From an uncultured archaeon (GTDB lineage: Archaea > Asgardarchaeota > Jordiarchaeia > Jordiarchaeales > Jordiarchaeaceae), in assembly GCA_964510585.1 (NCBI GenBank), contig CAZECW010000168.1:1-20486 (forward strand): a stretch of DNA of 20,486 nucleotides, written 5' to 3'. Below the pieces are notes generated by a model. The model had not been told where the DNA came from, made no database searches, and worked only from the letters and a program-made list of their open reading frames with translations. Of the stretch, positions 1 through 7,339 are shown one piece after another. Numbering within the stretch: position 1 is the first letter of the stretch; each line of letters starts with the position of its first letter. The translations under genes were made by a program, and so were the position numbers.

Positions 1-46
1 TCCAGAAATGGTTAATAAAGAAAAATCTCCTAAACAAGAAACATGA
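1..46 (+). CDS. Possible 3' end of an upstream gene, truncated by the window edge
   Basis: The frame from nt 2 is open (PEMVNKEKSPKQET) and ends TGA at 44-46, 19 nt before the trmO start. Too short to assign. Confidence 0.3.
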   Translation, partial: PEMVNKEKSPKQET

Positions 47-65
47 TTAAGGGAAAGGGGAGAAT

Positions 66-539
66 ATGAAAAACAAAAAATACAAAATAGCAGTTTTCAA
101 GCCCATAGGATACGTTGAATCAATTATTGATTCTGAACACAAGTACGAACCCAAAGAAGTGCTAGCAAAAATCATATTAGAAAAAGACCTAGAAGAGACA
201 CTGGACGGAATCGAAGACTTTACACACATAATAGTAATTTACTGGACACATCAACTTGCAGGCATACCATTTCCCAAAAAAGTACACCCAAAACGCGACC
301 CAAACCTGCCCGTCAGAGGAGTGTTAAGTACAAGATCCCCAATCCGACCAAACTGTATAGGACTAGCAGTAGTAAAACTGGAAAAAAGGAAAAACAATGT
401 CCTAGAAGTCAGAGGCTTAGATGCTTTTAATGGAACACCAATACTGGACATAAAACCATACATCAAAAATTTAGACTGTGTACCAGAAGCTAAGGCTCCA
501 CCATTCATTGAAAAGGAAAAGAATTATTTAACACGATAA
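66..539 (+). CDS. trmO: TrmO/TsaA-family SAM-binding tRNA (t6A37) N6-methyltransferase-like protein
   Basis: Family motifs PIGYV, L.GIEDFTHIIVIYW, RGVLSTRSPIRPNCIGL and GLDAFNGTPILDIKPY. Purine-rich RBS upstream. Confidence 0.85.
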   Translation: MKNKKYKIAVFKPIGYVESIIDSEHKYEPKEVLAKIILEKDLEETLDGIEDFTHIIVIYWTHQLAGIPFPKKVHPKRDPNLPVRGVLSTRSPIRPNCIGLAVVKLEKRKNNVLEVRGLDAFNGTPILDIKPYIKNLDCVPEAKAPPFIEKEKNYLTR

Positions 540-1120
540 TAATTCACACCAGAACTACAGGGAATGCATAGAACCCTCCCATTTTTAACTACAGTCTTTG
601 TTTCCATAGTCATTTCTCCACACCCCTCGCATCTCACAGATTTCCTAATCTCTGCCATCTGCGGCTCCACCATATCAACAATGCTTATTTTAAAAACTTC
701 ATCGTCAGGTAAATCCGCAAATCTTTTAGCAATCTTAGAAAATTTAGCCATCTTTAATTCCGGATGTTGTTCACGCATGGCCTCCTCTAAATCCGCATTT
801 CCAATCTTCTCAAAACTTTCGGGTTTAAACACTAGCCTAAGAGCAATTTTTCTGGACCTAAGGTAAAAAGTGGCTGCCATCTTTCCATAATCCCTAAACG
901 ACAGGTTACCTTTACCAAAAGTCACACCTACAACAACTTGCAAACCGTCCACTGAACAGTTGTCATTCTCAACAACCGCATAGAGCTCCTCATCTGAAGC
1001 CCGACTAACACCCAAAAGATTCAGAGCAGCAACACCCATCCTAACACCAATAAGCAGCCCGGGACAAATATGTCCATGAAACTTCACAGCCTCTTCAACT
1101 AAGCCCCAAAAATCAGCCAC
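524..1120 (-). CDS. fmdE: FmdE-family protein (formylmethanofuran dehydrogenase subunit E-like) with C-terminal zinc finger
   Basis: FHGHICPGLLIGVRM, VENDNCSVDGLQVVVGVTFGKGNL, GKMAATF, and C-terminal CEGCGE...LCIPC. GTG start 8 nt after GGAGG. Confidence 0.85.
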   Translation of the reverse strand: MADFWGLVEEAVKFHGHICPGLLIGVRMGVAALNLLGVSRASDEELYAVVENDNCSVDGLQVVVGVTFGKGNLSFRDYGKMAATFYLRSRKIALRLVFKPESFEKIGNADLEEAMREQHPELKMAKFSKIAKRFADLPDDEVFKISIVDMVEPQMAEIRKSVRCEGCGEMTMETKTVVKNGRVLCIPCSSGVNYYRVK

Positions 1121-1124
1121 AAAA

Positions 1125-1134
1125 TCAACCTCCC
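1125..1134 (-). promoter_or_regulatory. Shine-Dalgarno site of fmdE (GGGAGGTTGA)
   Basis: GGAGG lies 8 nt upstream of the GTG at 1120, the same spacing as the iscU fusion gene. Confidence 0.65.
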
Positions 1135-1185
1135 TAAAGAATTATTCCCATAAAAAATATGGCGCCAAATTAATAAAATATTAGA

Positions 1186-1313
1186 GGAAACACGTCTCCT
1201 ATTTTGGATTCGAAGATCCTCAAACCCAGCAATGCTAGGATTGCCGTCCTTACTACTATCGGAGCTAGTTGAGGATCCCAAAGGATGGAGGTAGATAAAG
1301 GAGACGCGTTCCC
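1186..1313 (-). ncRNA. Candidate structured RNA (long multi-helix hairpin), family unknown
   Basis: On the minus strand GGGAACGCGUCUCCU (1313-1299) pairs with AGGAGACGUGUUUCC (1200-1186): 15 bp including 2 G-U. Inner helix UUUGGGAUCCUCAA (1282-1269) pairs with UUGAGGAUC-[UUCGAAU]-CCAAA (1223-1203). The G-U pairs would be A-C mismatches on the plus strand, which favours the minus strand. Confidence 0.5.
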
Positions 1314-1334
1314 ACACAAATTATGTTTTCCGAT

Positions 1335-2681
1335 TTAAAAACCCTTTTGCTTCTGAACATATTCTGAAACCCTATGAGCTGCAGTAGCCCCTTGGCTGAC
1401 CGCAACTACTAGAAGCTGCAAATCGGTTGTCACATCGCCCACAGCATAAACACCTTCGATATTAGTCCTTTGATCCCTATCAACCTTTATAAATCCCCTC
1501 TCATCAATCTCAACACCCAGCTTACGGTAAATTTCCGTGTTAGGGGTCATACCCACTGCAAGAACCACCATATCCACCACCAGTTCAAAATCCTCATCTT
1601 CATCCAAGTCATGCAAAACTACCTTCTCCACAGTATCGGTTCCCTCGATTTTCACCAGCTCCGTCTTTGACAAAAGCTTAATCCTATCTGACCGCTTAAC
1701 CGCCTTAACGTTCTTGTCAAAACCCACAAGATCCTTCTCCTTATAGGCAAAGGTAATCTTATCCGCAATATTCTCCAAAGCCAAAGCTGACTCTAAAGCT
1801 TGCTCTCCATTACCATAAACCAGCACCCGCTTACCCATAAACTTCTCGGGATAAGACACATAATAGTAAACGCCCTTATCGCCCTTAGTGAAATCAGCTT
1901 CGCCAGGAATACCACAAGCTAGAGGGAGAGTGCCCGTAGCAATAATCACCGCTCTTGCGCGATACTCACCCATAGAAGTCTTAACCACCTTCTCTGGAGA
2001 GACCTCATTCACAAACTCGTTTTTCATCTCTACACCCAATTCATGTGCCTGCTTCAACAGATTAGTAACAAAATCTCTGCCCAAGGTGTTGTCAGGCAAC
2101 CCCGGAAAATTGAGAATCTTCTTGTTGGGATAAATTGTTGATAAAACGCCACCCCAAGATTTACCCTCAAAAACCGCCACACTCAAACCCCTAGCAGCGG
2201 TCTGAATAGCTGCAGTAAGCCCAGCAGGCCCACCTCCAACAACAATCACATCATAATCAAAAGCACCCTCAACCCTCGCCTGAACACCAACCTCGCCTTT
2301 TTCCTTACGGGACAAATAATCCTTGATAGCAGCATGCAAAGCATCAGCAGCCAAATTACTACAATGCATCTTAATAGGGGGCAAACCCTCCAACTCATCC
2401 GCCACATCTTTGCGAGTAATCTTCAAAGCCTCCTCCAAAGTTAAACCCTTAGCCATCTCAGTAATAATACTACTAGTAGCAATAGCCGAACCGCAACCAT
2501 AAGTTTTGAACTTTATATCCTCAAGACGCCCATCTTTTGAAACTTTTATAGTCATTTTCATCATGTCACCGCATAGGGGATTCCCCACTGTTCCTTCTCC
2601 GTCTGGGTTTTCTATTTCTCCGACATTTTTTGGATTTTTGAAGTGTTCTTTTACCTTTTCACTATATTGTGTAGGTTTCAA
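1335..2681 (-). CDS. iscU: Fusion of an IscU/NifU-N Fe-S scaffold (aa 1-~125) and a TrxB-fold, YumC-type ferredoxin:NAD(P)+ reductase-like flavoprotein (aa ~141-448)
   Basis: IscU motifs GNPLCGDMM (C37/D39), YGCGSAIA (C63) and KMHCSNLA (H106/C107). FAD motifs VIVVGGGPAG, GGVLSTIYPNKKILNFPG, VIIATG and TNIEGVYAVGDV. No CxxC. TTG start 8 nt after GGAGG. Confidence 0.9.
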   Translation of the reverse strand: MKPTQYSEKVKEHFKNPKNVGEIENPDGEGTVGNPLCGDMMKMTIKVSKDGRLEDIKFKTYGCGSAIATSSIITEMAKGLTLEEALKITRKDVADELEGLPPIKMHCSNLAADALHAAIKDYLSRKEKGEVGVQARVEGAFDYDVIVVGGGPAGLTAAIQTAARGLSVAVFEGKSWGGVLSTIYPNKKILNFPGLPDNTLGRDFVTNLLKQAHELGVEMKNEFVNEVSPEKVVKTSMGEYRARAVIIATGTLPLACGIPGEADFTKGDKGVYYYVSYPEKFMGKRVLVYGNGEQALESALALENIADKITFAYKEKDLVGFDKNVKAVKRSDRIKLLSKTELVKIEGTDTVEKVVLHDLDEDEDFELVVDMVVLAVGMTPNTEIYRKLGVEIDERGFIKVDRDQRTNIEGVYAVGDVTTDLQLLVVAVSQGATAAHRVSEYVQKQKGF

Positions 2682-3158
2682 TGGCCATTCCTCCCATTTC
2701 TTATCTCTTTTTTATTTATAATTATCTTAATTTTGAACTTTTCTTATTTTCACATATTAACTTGTGTTTACAATTGTTAATCTACAATTAGAAACACCAA
2801 TTAATTGCCTATAAATGTTATTGTATCAGCTTCACAACACCTCTTTTTCTAGAATCCCTCATATTTATGACTATTATAAATAAAGGAATTAAGGTTCGTT
2901 CTTTTAGATTTAATTTTAATTAGGGTAAGGATTTTTTTAACACCATATTTTTCCGAGGGGGTTCGTGTTTTTTGGGAAGGAGGAGATGACAAAAATCGCC
3001 TTTTGGGAGGCTGTGGGGGAAGTTAATAATTTAAGGGAGTAAAAGAGTCACTAAATGATGAGTTAGGGATCCCACTTGTTTCTGAAGCAACTCTTTATGT
3101 GTAACGTCTGTAGAAGCTATGAACAAACTTGATGTTTTAGTGTCAGGTTTGAATATTT

Positions 3159-3653
3159 TTAGATGAGGTTTAGTATTTGGCCAATGTTTTTTATGTCTGT
3201 GCTTAAATGTACTGCCTTTATGCCGGGGCATCCTTTCATAACGCTTCTGATGTTTAGTTCTTGGTCGTCAACGAAAATTATTTCAGGATAGTTTATCTGG
3301 ATTCCTTCTTTTTCTTCGAGTAGTTTAACTATTGTTTTTATGTTTCTGTTTTTGCCTTTGTGATTAACTTGGGGATAGATGAAGTAGTCTGCGATTTTGA
3401 AGAGTCTGAGACACTCCAAAACTAGGTTGGGTTCAGGGTCGTTTAGGCTGGCTATTGACATTAGGATGCCTTTTTCTTTTAGAGTTTTGAGGAGTTCTCG
3501 GACTTCTGGGAAGAGCTTGACCTTTGCGTCTTGGGAGTCTCTGATTTCGTTGGTCTCAACTAATCTTAGTGGGGGTTTAAGGAAGGATGTAAAGGTCACA
3601 CTGACACTCCAAAGGGTTTCGTCCACATCGAAAACAATTAATTTAATTGGCAA
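3159..3653 (-). CDS. HAD-superfamily subfamily IIIC phosphatase, magnesium-dependent phosphatase-1 (MDP-1)-like
   Basis: Motif I LIVFDVDETLW, LFPEVRELL..LKEKGI.MSIAS.N, motif III K (KGK) and motif IV IIFVDD...N. Cap-less length of 164 aa. Confidence 0.8.
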   Translation of the reverse strand: MPIKLIVFDVDETLWSVSVTFTSFLKPPLRLVETNEIRDSQDAKVKLFPEVRELLKTLKEKGILMSIASLNDPEPNLVLECLRLFKIADYFIYPQVNHKGKNRNIKTIVKLLEEKEGIQINYPEIIFVDDQELNIRSVMKGCPGIKAVHLSTDIKNIGQILNLI

Positions 3654-3922
3654 AGGGGTTTAACTCCGGTAGGCGCATATCCATTAGCGTTATCAGAGGA
3701 TTAAAGCTTAAACCGCATAAAAAAATTTTTGTGTATTTTTGGTTCTTAAAATTTTGATATTTGGGATTCACTCGGTCTCTTCTTTTGTTGCCACACTTTT
3801 TAACTGAAAAATTGTTTTTGATTCATTAGTTTAAAGGGTTTTAGGATTTGGAACGGGTCTAGATAGTTTTATTAGGAGACTCAACTATAAATTAAGGCAT
3901 TAGAAAAAGGGAGTGATGCCAT

Positions 3923-5377
3923 TTGAAGGGGTCAACTGTCCTCTTGATGATTTTGGGGATTTCGATTCTGCTGATTGGTGGTGGACTTTTTGTTACGCTG
4001 CCCAATCAAACATTTTTCACCAATAACTATCCAGCACAGAACGCCCCCTTTGGAATTTTGGCCTTCGGCTATTCTTTTGGAGAATATTTCTTCATTTATA
4101 TGACTCCGGCGTCGCAGGCGATGCAGTTTATTTTCTACCCTCTCACTACGCTCAACTACTTTGGGGGATTCCTTACATCCAATAATGCTGTGAATATCAA
4201 GGTATTTGGACTTTTAGATCTTAACACACCCTTGATTCAGATTAGTAATACGCATCTGGCAACCTACTTTTCCGAACTTTACACAAAACCATCGGCGCTT
4301 GGAGGCGTAATACTAAATATTGAGAATCCAAGTGGCGCACCAGCGATTGTGATTGGACAAAGCAGACAGTTCGCGGTGAGCCTGAAGTGGAATCCCATGA
4401 TACTTATGAGCCTTTCACTTTTGGCGCTAGGCGTCTTCGTCGCACTAGTAGGTGTAGTGGGTGAGAAGACAGAATTTGAGCCACTTCAAAGTATACCCTC
4501 CACCGCGGGAGAAACTATCACCACAGGATTGAGAATCTGGAAGAAAATATTCGCTTCGACTGTACTTCCCTATGGGCTCATATTCTCCATTTATGAGTTG
4601 ATTGTTCTTCTTGGCAACAATTATTCCCTTATGCGTCTCTACTCCACTAGCTCAGCGGCGTTCACAGAAGCTTACGCAGTTCTGTACGGCGTTATGTTTA
4701 TTGGCTACTTCTTTATTGTGCTGGCAACGGGCATAGTCATAAAGGCTACCTCAGACATGATTGAGGGTAAAAAGCCGAGCCTAACTCAGAACTTTAAACA
4801 TGTTCTAAGGCGCTTATGGAAAATGTATATTGCTTACCTTGTTTACAGCTTGATTGTTGGAGTCGGGTTCCTCCTGCTTATAATTCCTGGGATCTGGTTG
4901 GCAATAATTTTCTCTTTAGTACTACCTGCCATAGTGGTTGCAGATAACGGGCCAATGGAATCTTTCGGAACTAGTAAGAGCCTCACCGAAAATGATAAAT
5001 TGAGAACCCTCGGAGTTCTCCTCGCATCAGGCCTAATCGCTCTCATAGCGTCAATTCCAGCCCTTCTGGTATACAATCTCTTCTATCCGATGACCTTATC
5101 AGCTGGCTCCATTTTCAGTGAGCCAATAACCAGCCAATTCATAGCCTTTAACCTGCCCTATGCGTTCGCCTGTGTAATTTTAATGATTATAGGCGCAACA
5201 ACAGGCATAATTTCCCCGATAATCTTAACAACTTGGTTCTATGCCCTAGGAGGCTCACCCGGATTAACCCAGAGACCCTACACGGTAAAGCCGGGTGAGG
5301 AAGAAATAGTCTGCCCCAACTGCAAGAGAACAATTCCCAAATCAAAGTTCTGCCCTTACTGCGGCAAAAGCACATAA
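3923..5377 (+). CDS. Multi-pass membrane protein: N-terminal TM plus putative extracellular region, DUF975/YciC-like membrane domain, C-terminal zinc ribbon
   Basis: Numerous hydrophobic helices. IIPGIWLAIIFSLVLPAIVV.DNGPMESFGTSKSLT is typical of such membrane domains. Ends CPNCKRTIPKSKFCPYCGK. TTG start after GGAGTGA. Confidence 0.7.
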   Translation: MKGSTVLLMILGISILLIGGGLFVTLPNQTFFTNNYPAQNAPFGILAFGYSFGEYFFIYMTPASQAMQFIFYPLTTLNYFGGFLTSNNAVNIKVFGLLDLNTPLIQISNTHLATYFSELYTKPSALGGVILNIENPSGAPAIVIGQSRQFAVSLKWNPMILMSLSLLALGVFVALVGVVGEKTEFEPLQSIPSTAGETITTGLRIWKKIFASTVLPYGLIFSIYELIVLLGNNYSLMRLYSTSSAAFTEAYAVLYGVMFIGYFFIVLATGIVIKATSDMIEGKKPSLTQNFKHVLRRLWKMYIAYLVYSLIVGVGFLLLIIPGIWLAIIFSLVLPAIVVADNGPMESFGTSKSLTENDKLRTLGVLLASGLIALIASIPALLVYNLFYPMTLSAGSIFSEPITSQFIAFNLPYAFACVILMIIGATTGIISPIILTTWFYALGGSPGLTQRPYTVKPGEEEIVCPNCKRTIPKSKFCPYCGKST

Positions 5378-5712
5378 TTTAGCTTCTATCTCAATAGTTA
5401 ACACTTTTAATTTTTATAGCAATACACCATTCACGCCTTTTCTATTTTTTCATCTATGATTCACAAGTGGCGAACACTAACCTTCACCGAAAAATTAGAG
5501 TTTCTAAATCTCTGCAGGAGAAATAGTAGAAATCGGAAAAAATTCACGAAGGGTTAAACGTTTGTGTCCCGCGTTTACTATGTTGGAGTGGTAACTGTCG
5601 GGGTATGGAACGCGAGAAAAAATTTTTGGAATCGAGTTCTCCCTTCAATTTCACAATTTTGTTATAACTAAAATTTGTTTGGATTAAGGTCTGCACGCTA
5701 TGAATGTGGGCT

Positions 5713-5719
5713 AAAAAAA
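5713..5719 (-). terminator. Possible oligo-U terminator of iscS
   Basis: T7 tract (CCTCTTTTTTTAG on the minus strand) about 30 nt after the iscS stop. Confidence 0.35.
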
Positions 5720-5747
5720 GAGGTTATTATTTTTTGGTTTCGGACCT

Positions 5748-6986
5748 TTATTGTTCCTCTTTGGGTGTTAGGGGAGAGAGTTTTCTGAGTCTCTCTATTA
5801 CTTGTGGCAGGGCTTCGAGTAAGTAGTCCACGTCTTCTTCGCTGTTGTATTTGCCCAATGTGAGTTCCAGTGAGCCGTGTGCTTCTTCTTTTAGCAGCCC
5901 CGTGGCTATAAGTACATGTGAGGGCTCAAGTCTTTTTGCGGCGCAAGCAGAGCCAGTTGATACAGCTATTCCCCTCATGTTTAGACCTAGTAATATTGCT
6001 TCTCCCTCAACATAGTCGAATCTGAAATGAGCATTGTTTGGTAGTCTCAGAGTAGGGTGCCCGTTAAGATAGGAATGGTCAATAGTATCCAGCACAGTGC
6101 TTATGATTCTGTCTCTCATCTTTTGTATTCTAGCACTGTCACCATCCATCTCTTTTTTGGCTATCTCCGCTGCTTTTCCCATACCTACAATGCCTGGCAC
6201 GTTCTCGGTTCCAGATCTTAGACCTCTCTCTTGTCCTCCTCCCTGTATTATGGGCTCTATCATAGTTCCAGATTTTATGTAAAGTGCTCCCACTCCCCGT
6301 GGACCATAGATGTCATTTGAGGATAGTGTTAGCAAGTCTATTCCGTCTTTTTGCACATCTATGGGTATCTGTCCCTCAGCTGCTACGGCGTCCACATGGA
6401 GGAGCACATTATGGTCGTGAGCTATTTTCGATATTTCTTTTATGGGTTCTATGGTTCCTATCTCGTTGTTAGCATAGTTTATTGATATGAGTAGAGTTTC
6501 GGGCTTAATTTGTCTCTCCAACTTATCGAGGTTCACTAATCCATACTTGTCAACGCCAACACTACTCGTTTTGAACCCAAATTTTTCAAGATATTTAGCT
6601 ATGTTTATGATGGATATATGCTCTATAGCGGATATTATTAAGTGGTTTCCTTTGTTCTGATTTCTAAAGCATACCCCTTTTAAGGCTAGATTGTTGGATT
6701 CTGTTGCACCTGAAGTGAAGACAATTTCTTTGGGATCCTTGGCGCCTATAAGGTCAGCAACCTTTTTTCGAGCATCCTCCACGGCTTCAACTGGTAAGTC
6801 ACCAAGAAGATGTAAAGAAGAGGGATTACCAAAAATTTCCCTATGGTAGGGATTCATTGCCTCCAGCACTCTAGAATCCACCGGTTTACCAGAAACATAA
6901 TCCATGTAGACAAGACGAAAACGCCCCTCCTGTTTCAGCGAACCCAGATCAGGTACTTCACAAAAATCATCTTTTCCTTTCAACAA
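5748..6986 (-). CDS. iscS: IscS/NifS class-I family protein of the Archaeoglobus type (PLP Lys replaced by Asp; probably not an active cysteine desulfurase)
   Basis: GNPSSLH, IVFTSGATESNNLALKG, SAIEHISI, ANNEIGTIEP, HVDAV, GGGQERGLRSGTENVPGIVG and STGSAC(348) are present. Canonical S.HK.YGPKG reads SSNDIYGPRG. Confidence 0.9.
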   Translation of the reverse strand: MLKGKDDFCEVPDLGSLKQEGRFRLVYMDYVSGKPVDSRVLEAMNPYHREIFGNPSSLHLLGDLPVEAVEDARKKVADLIGAKDPKEIVFTSGATESNNLALKGVCFRNQNKGNHLIISAIEHISIINIAKYLEKFGFKTSSVGVDKYGLVNLDKLERQIKPETLLISINYANNEIGTIEPIKEISKIAHDHNVLLHVDAVAAEGQIPIDVQKDGIDLLTLSSNDIYGPRGVGALYIKSGTMIEPIIQGGGQERGLRSGTENVPGIVGMGKAAEIAKKEMDGDSARIQKMRDRIISTVLDTIDHSYLNGHPTLRLPNNAHFRFDYVEGEAILLGLNMRGIAVSTGSACAAKRLEPSHVLIATGLLKEEAHGSLELTLGKYNSEEDVDYLLEALPQVIERLRKLSPLTPKEEQ

Positions 6987-7339
6987 TTAACACCTTCAAA
7001 AACTTTTATTCTGTGCATGCGTCAGCTTTACCCAGCATACAGACCCCATTCACATCAACTATTAAGCCTTTTTCTTCCCCTTAAAGAGTACTAGGATTAT
7101 GAGTACGCCGAGAGCTTACGCATAACAGTTTTAATTCACTAGCTCCTTTAAAAAATGGAAGAATTTCCAATTTTTATCTTTTTTTATTTTTCTGCCTCTC
7201 CAAACATATTTTACATTCTTCAAGAAATAATGTTTATTCAAACATAGTGAAAAACATTTGTTAAATTTTTAATTAAACAACCTACCCACAGATTTTATTC
7301 ACTATTACTTTTTCCAACACTGGCTATTAGATATTCAAT

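Noticed and set aside
1156-1171. Imperfect palindrome AATATGGCGCCAAATT upstream of fmdE as an operator
   Set aside because: Single occurrence, a 6-bp GC core in AT-rich flanks; compatible with chance.
1186-1313. Identity of the hairpin as SECIS, cobalamin, Moco or fluoride riboswitch, H/ACA RNA, or tRNA
   Set aside because: No in-frame UGA in the flanking genes and no AUGA/GA core. AGGAGAC only loosely resembles the B12 box and the rest of that motif is absent. The Moco-like words and a terminal ACA occur only on the plus strand, where the stem has A-C mismatches. UUCGAAU is not closed by a T-stem and there is no cloverleaf.
1099-1317. 72-aa minus-strand ORF across the intergenic hairpin
   Set aside because: It overlaps the fmdE start, has a Ser-rich composition with no homology, and the region is better explained as structured RNA.
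1335-2261. Calling the flavoprotein domain a thioredoxin reductase
   Set aside because: The redox-active CxxC is absent and the motifs match YumC-type FNR.
2986-3042. 18-aa ORF MTKIAFWEAVGEVNNLRE after GGAGGAG
   Set aside because: SD spacing is too short (2 nt after GGAGG), the ORF is very small and there is no homology; at best a gene remnant.
5472-5561. Long imperfect minus-strand hairpin between convergent genes
   Set aside because: The helices are short, bulged and AU-rich; not distinguishable from background without covariation data.
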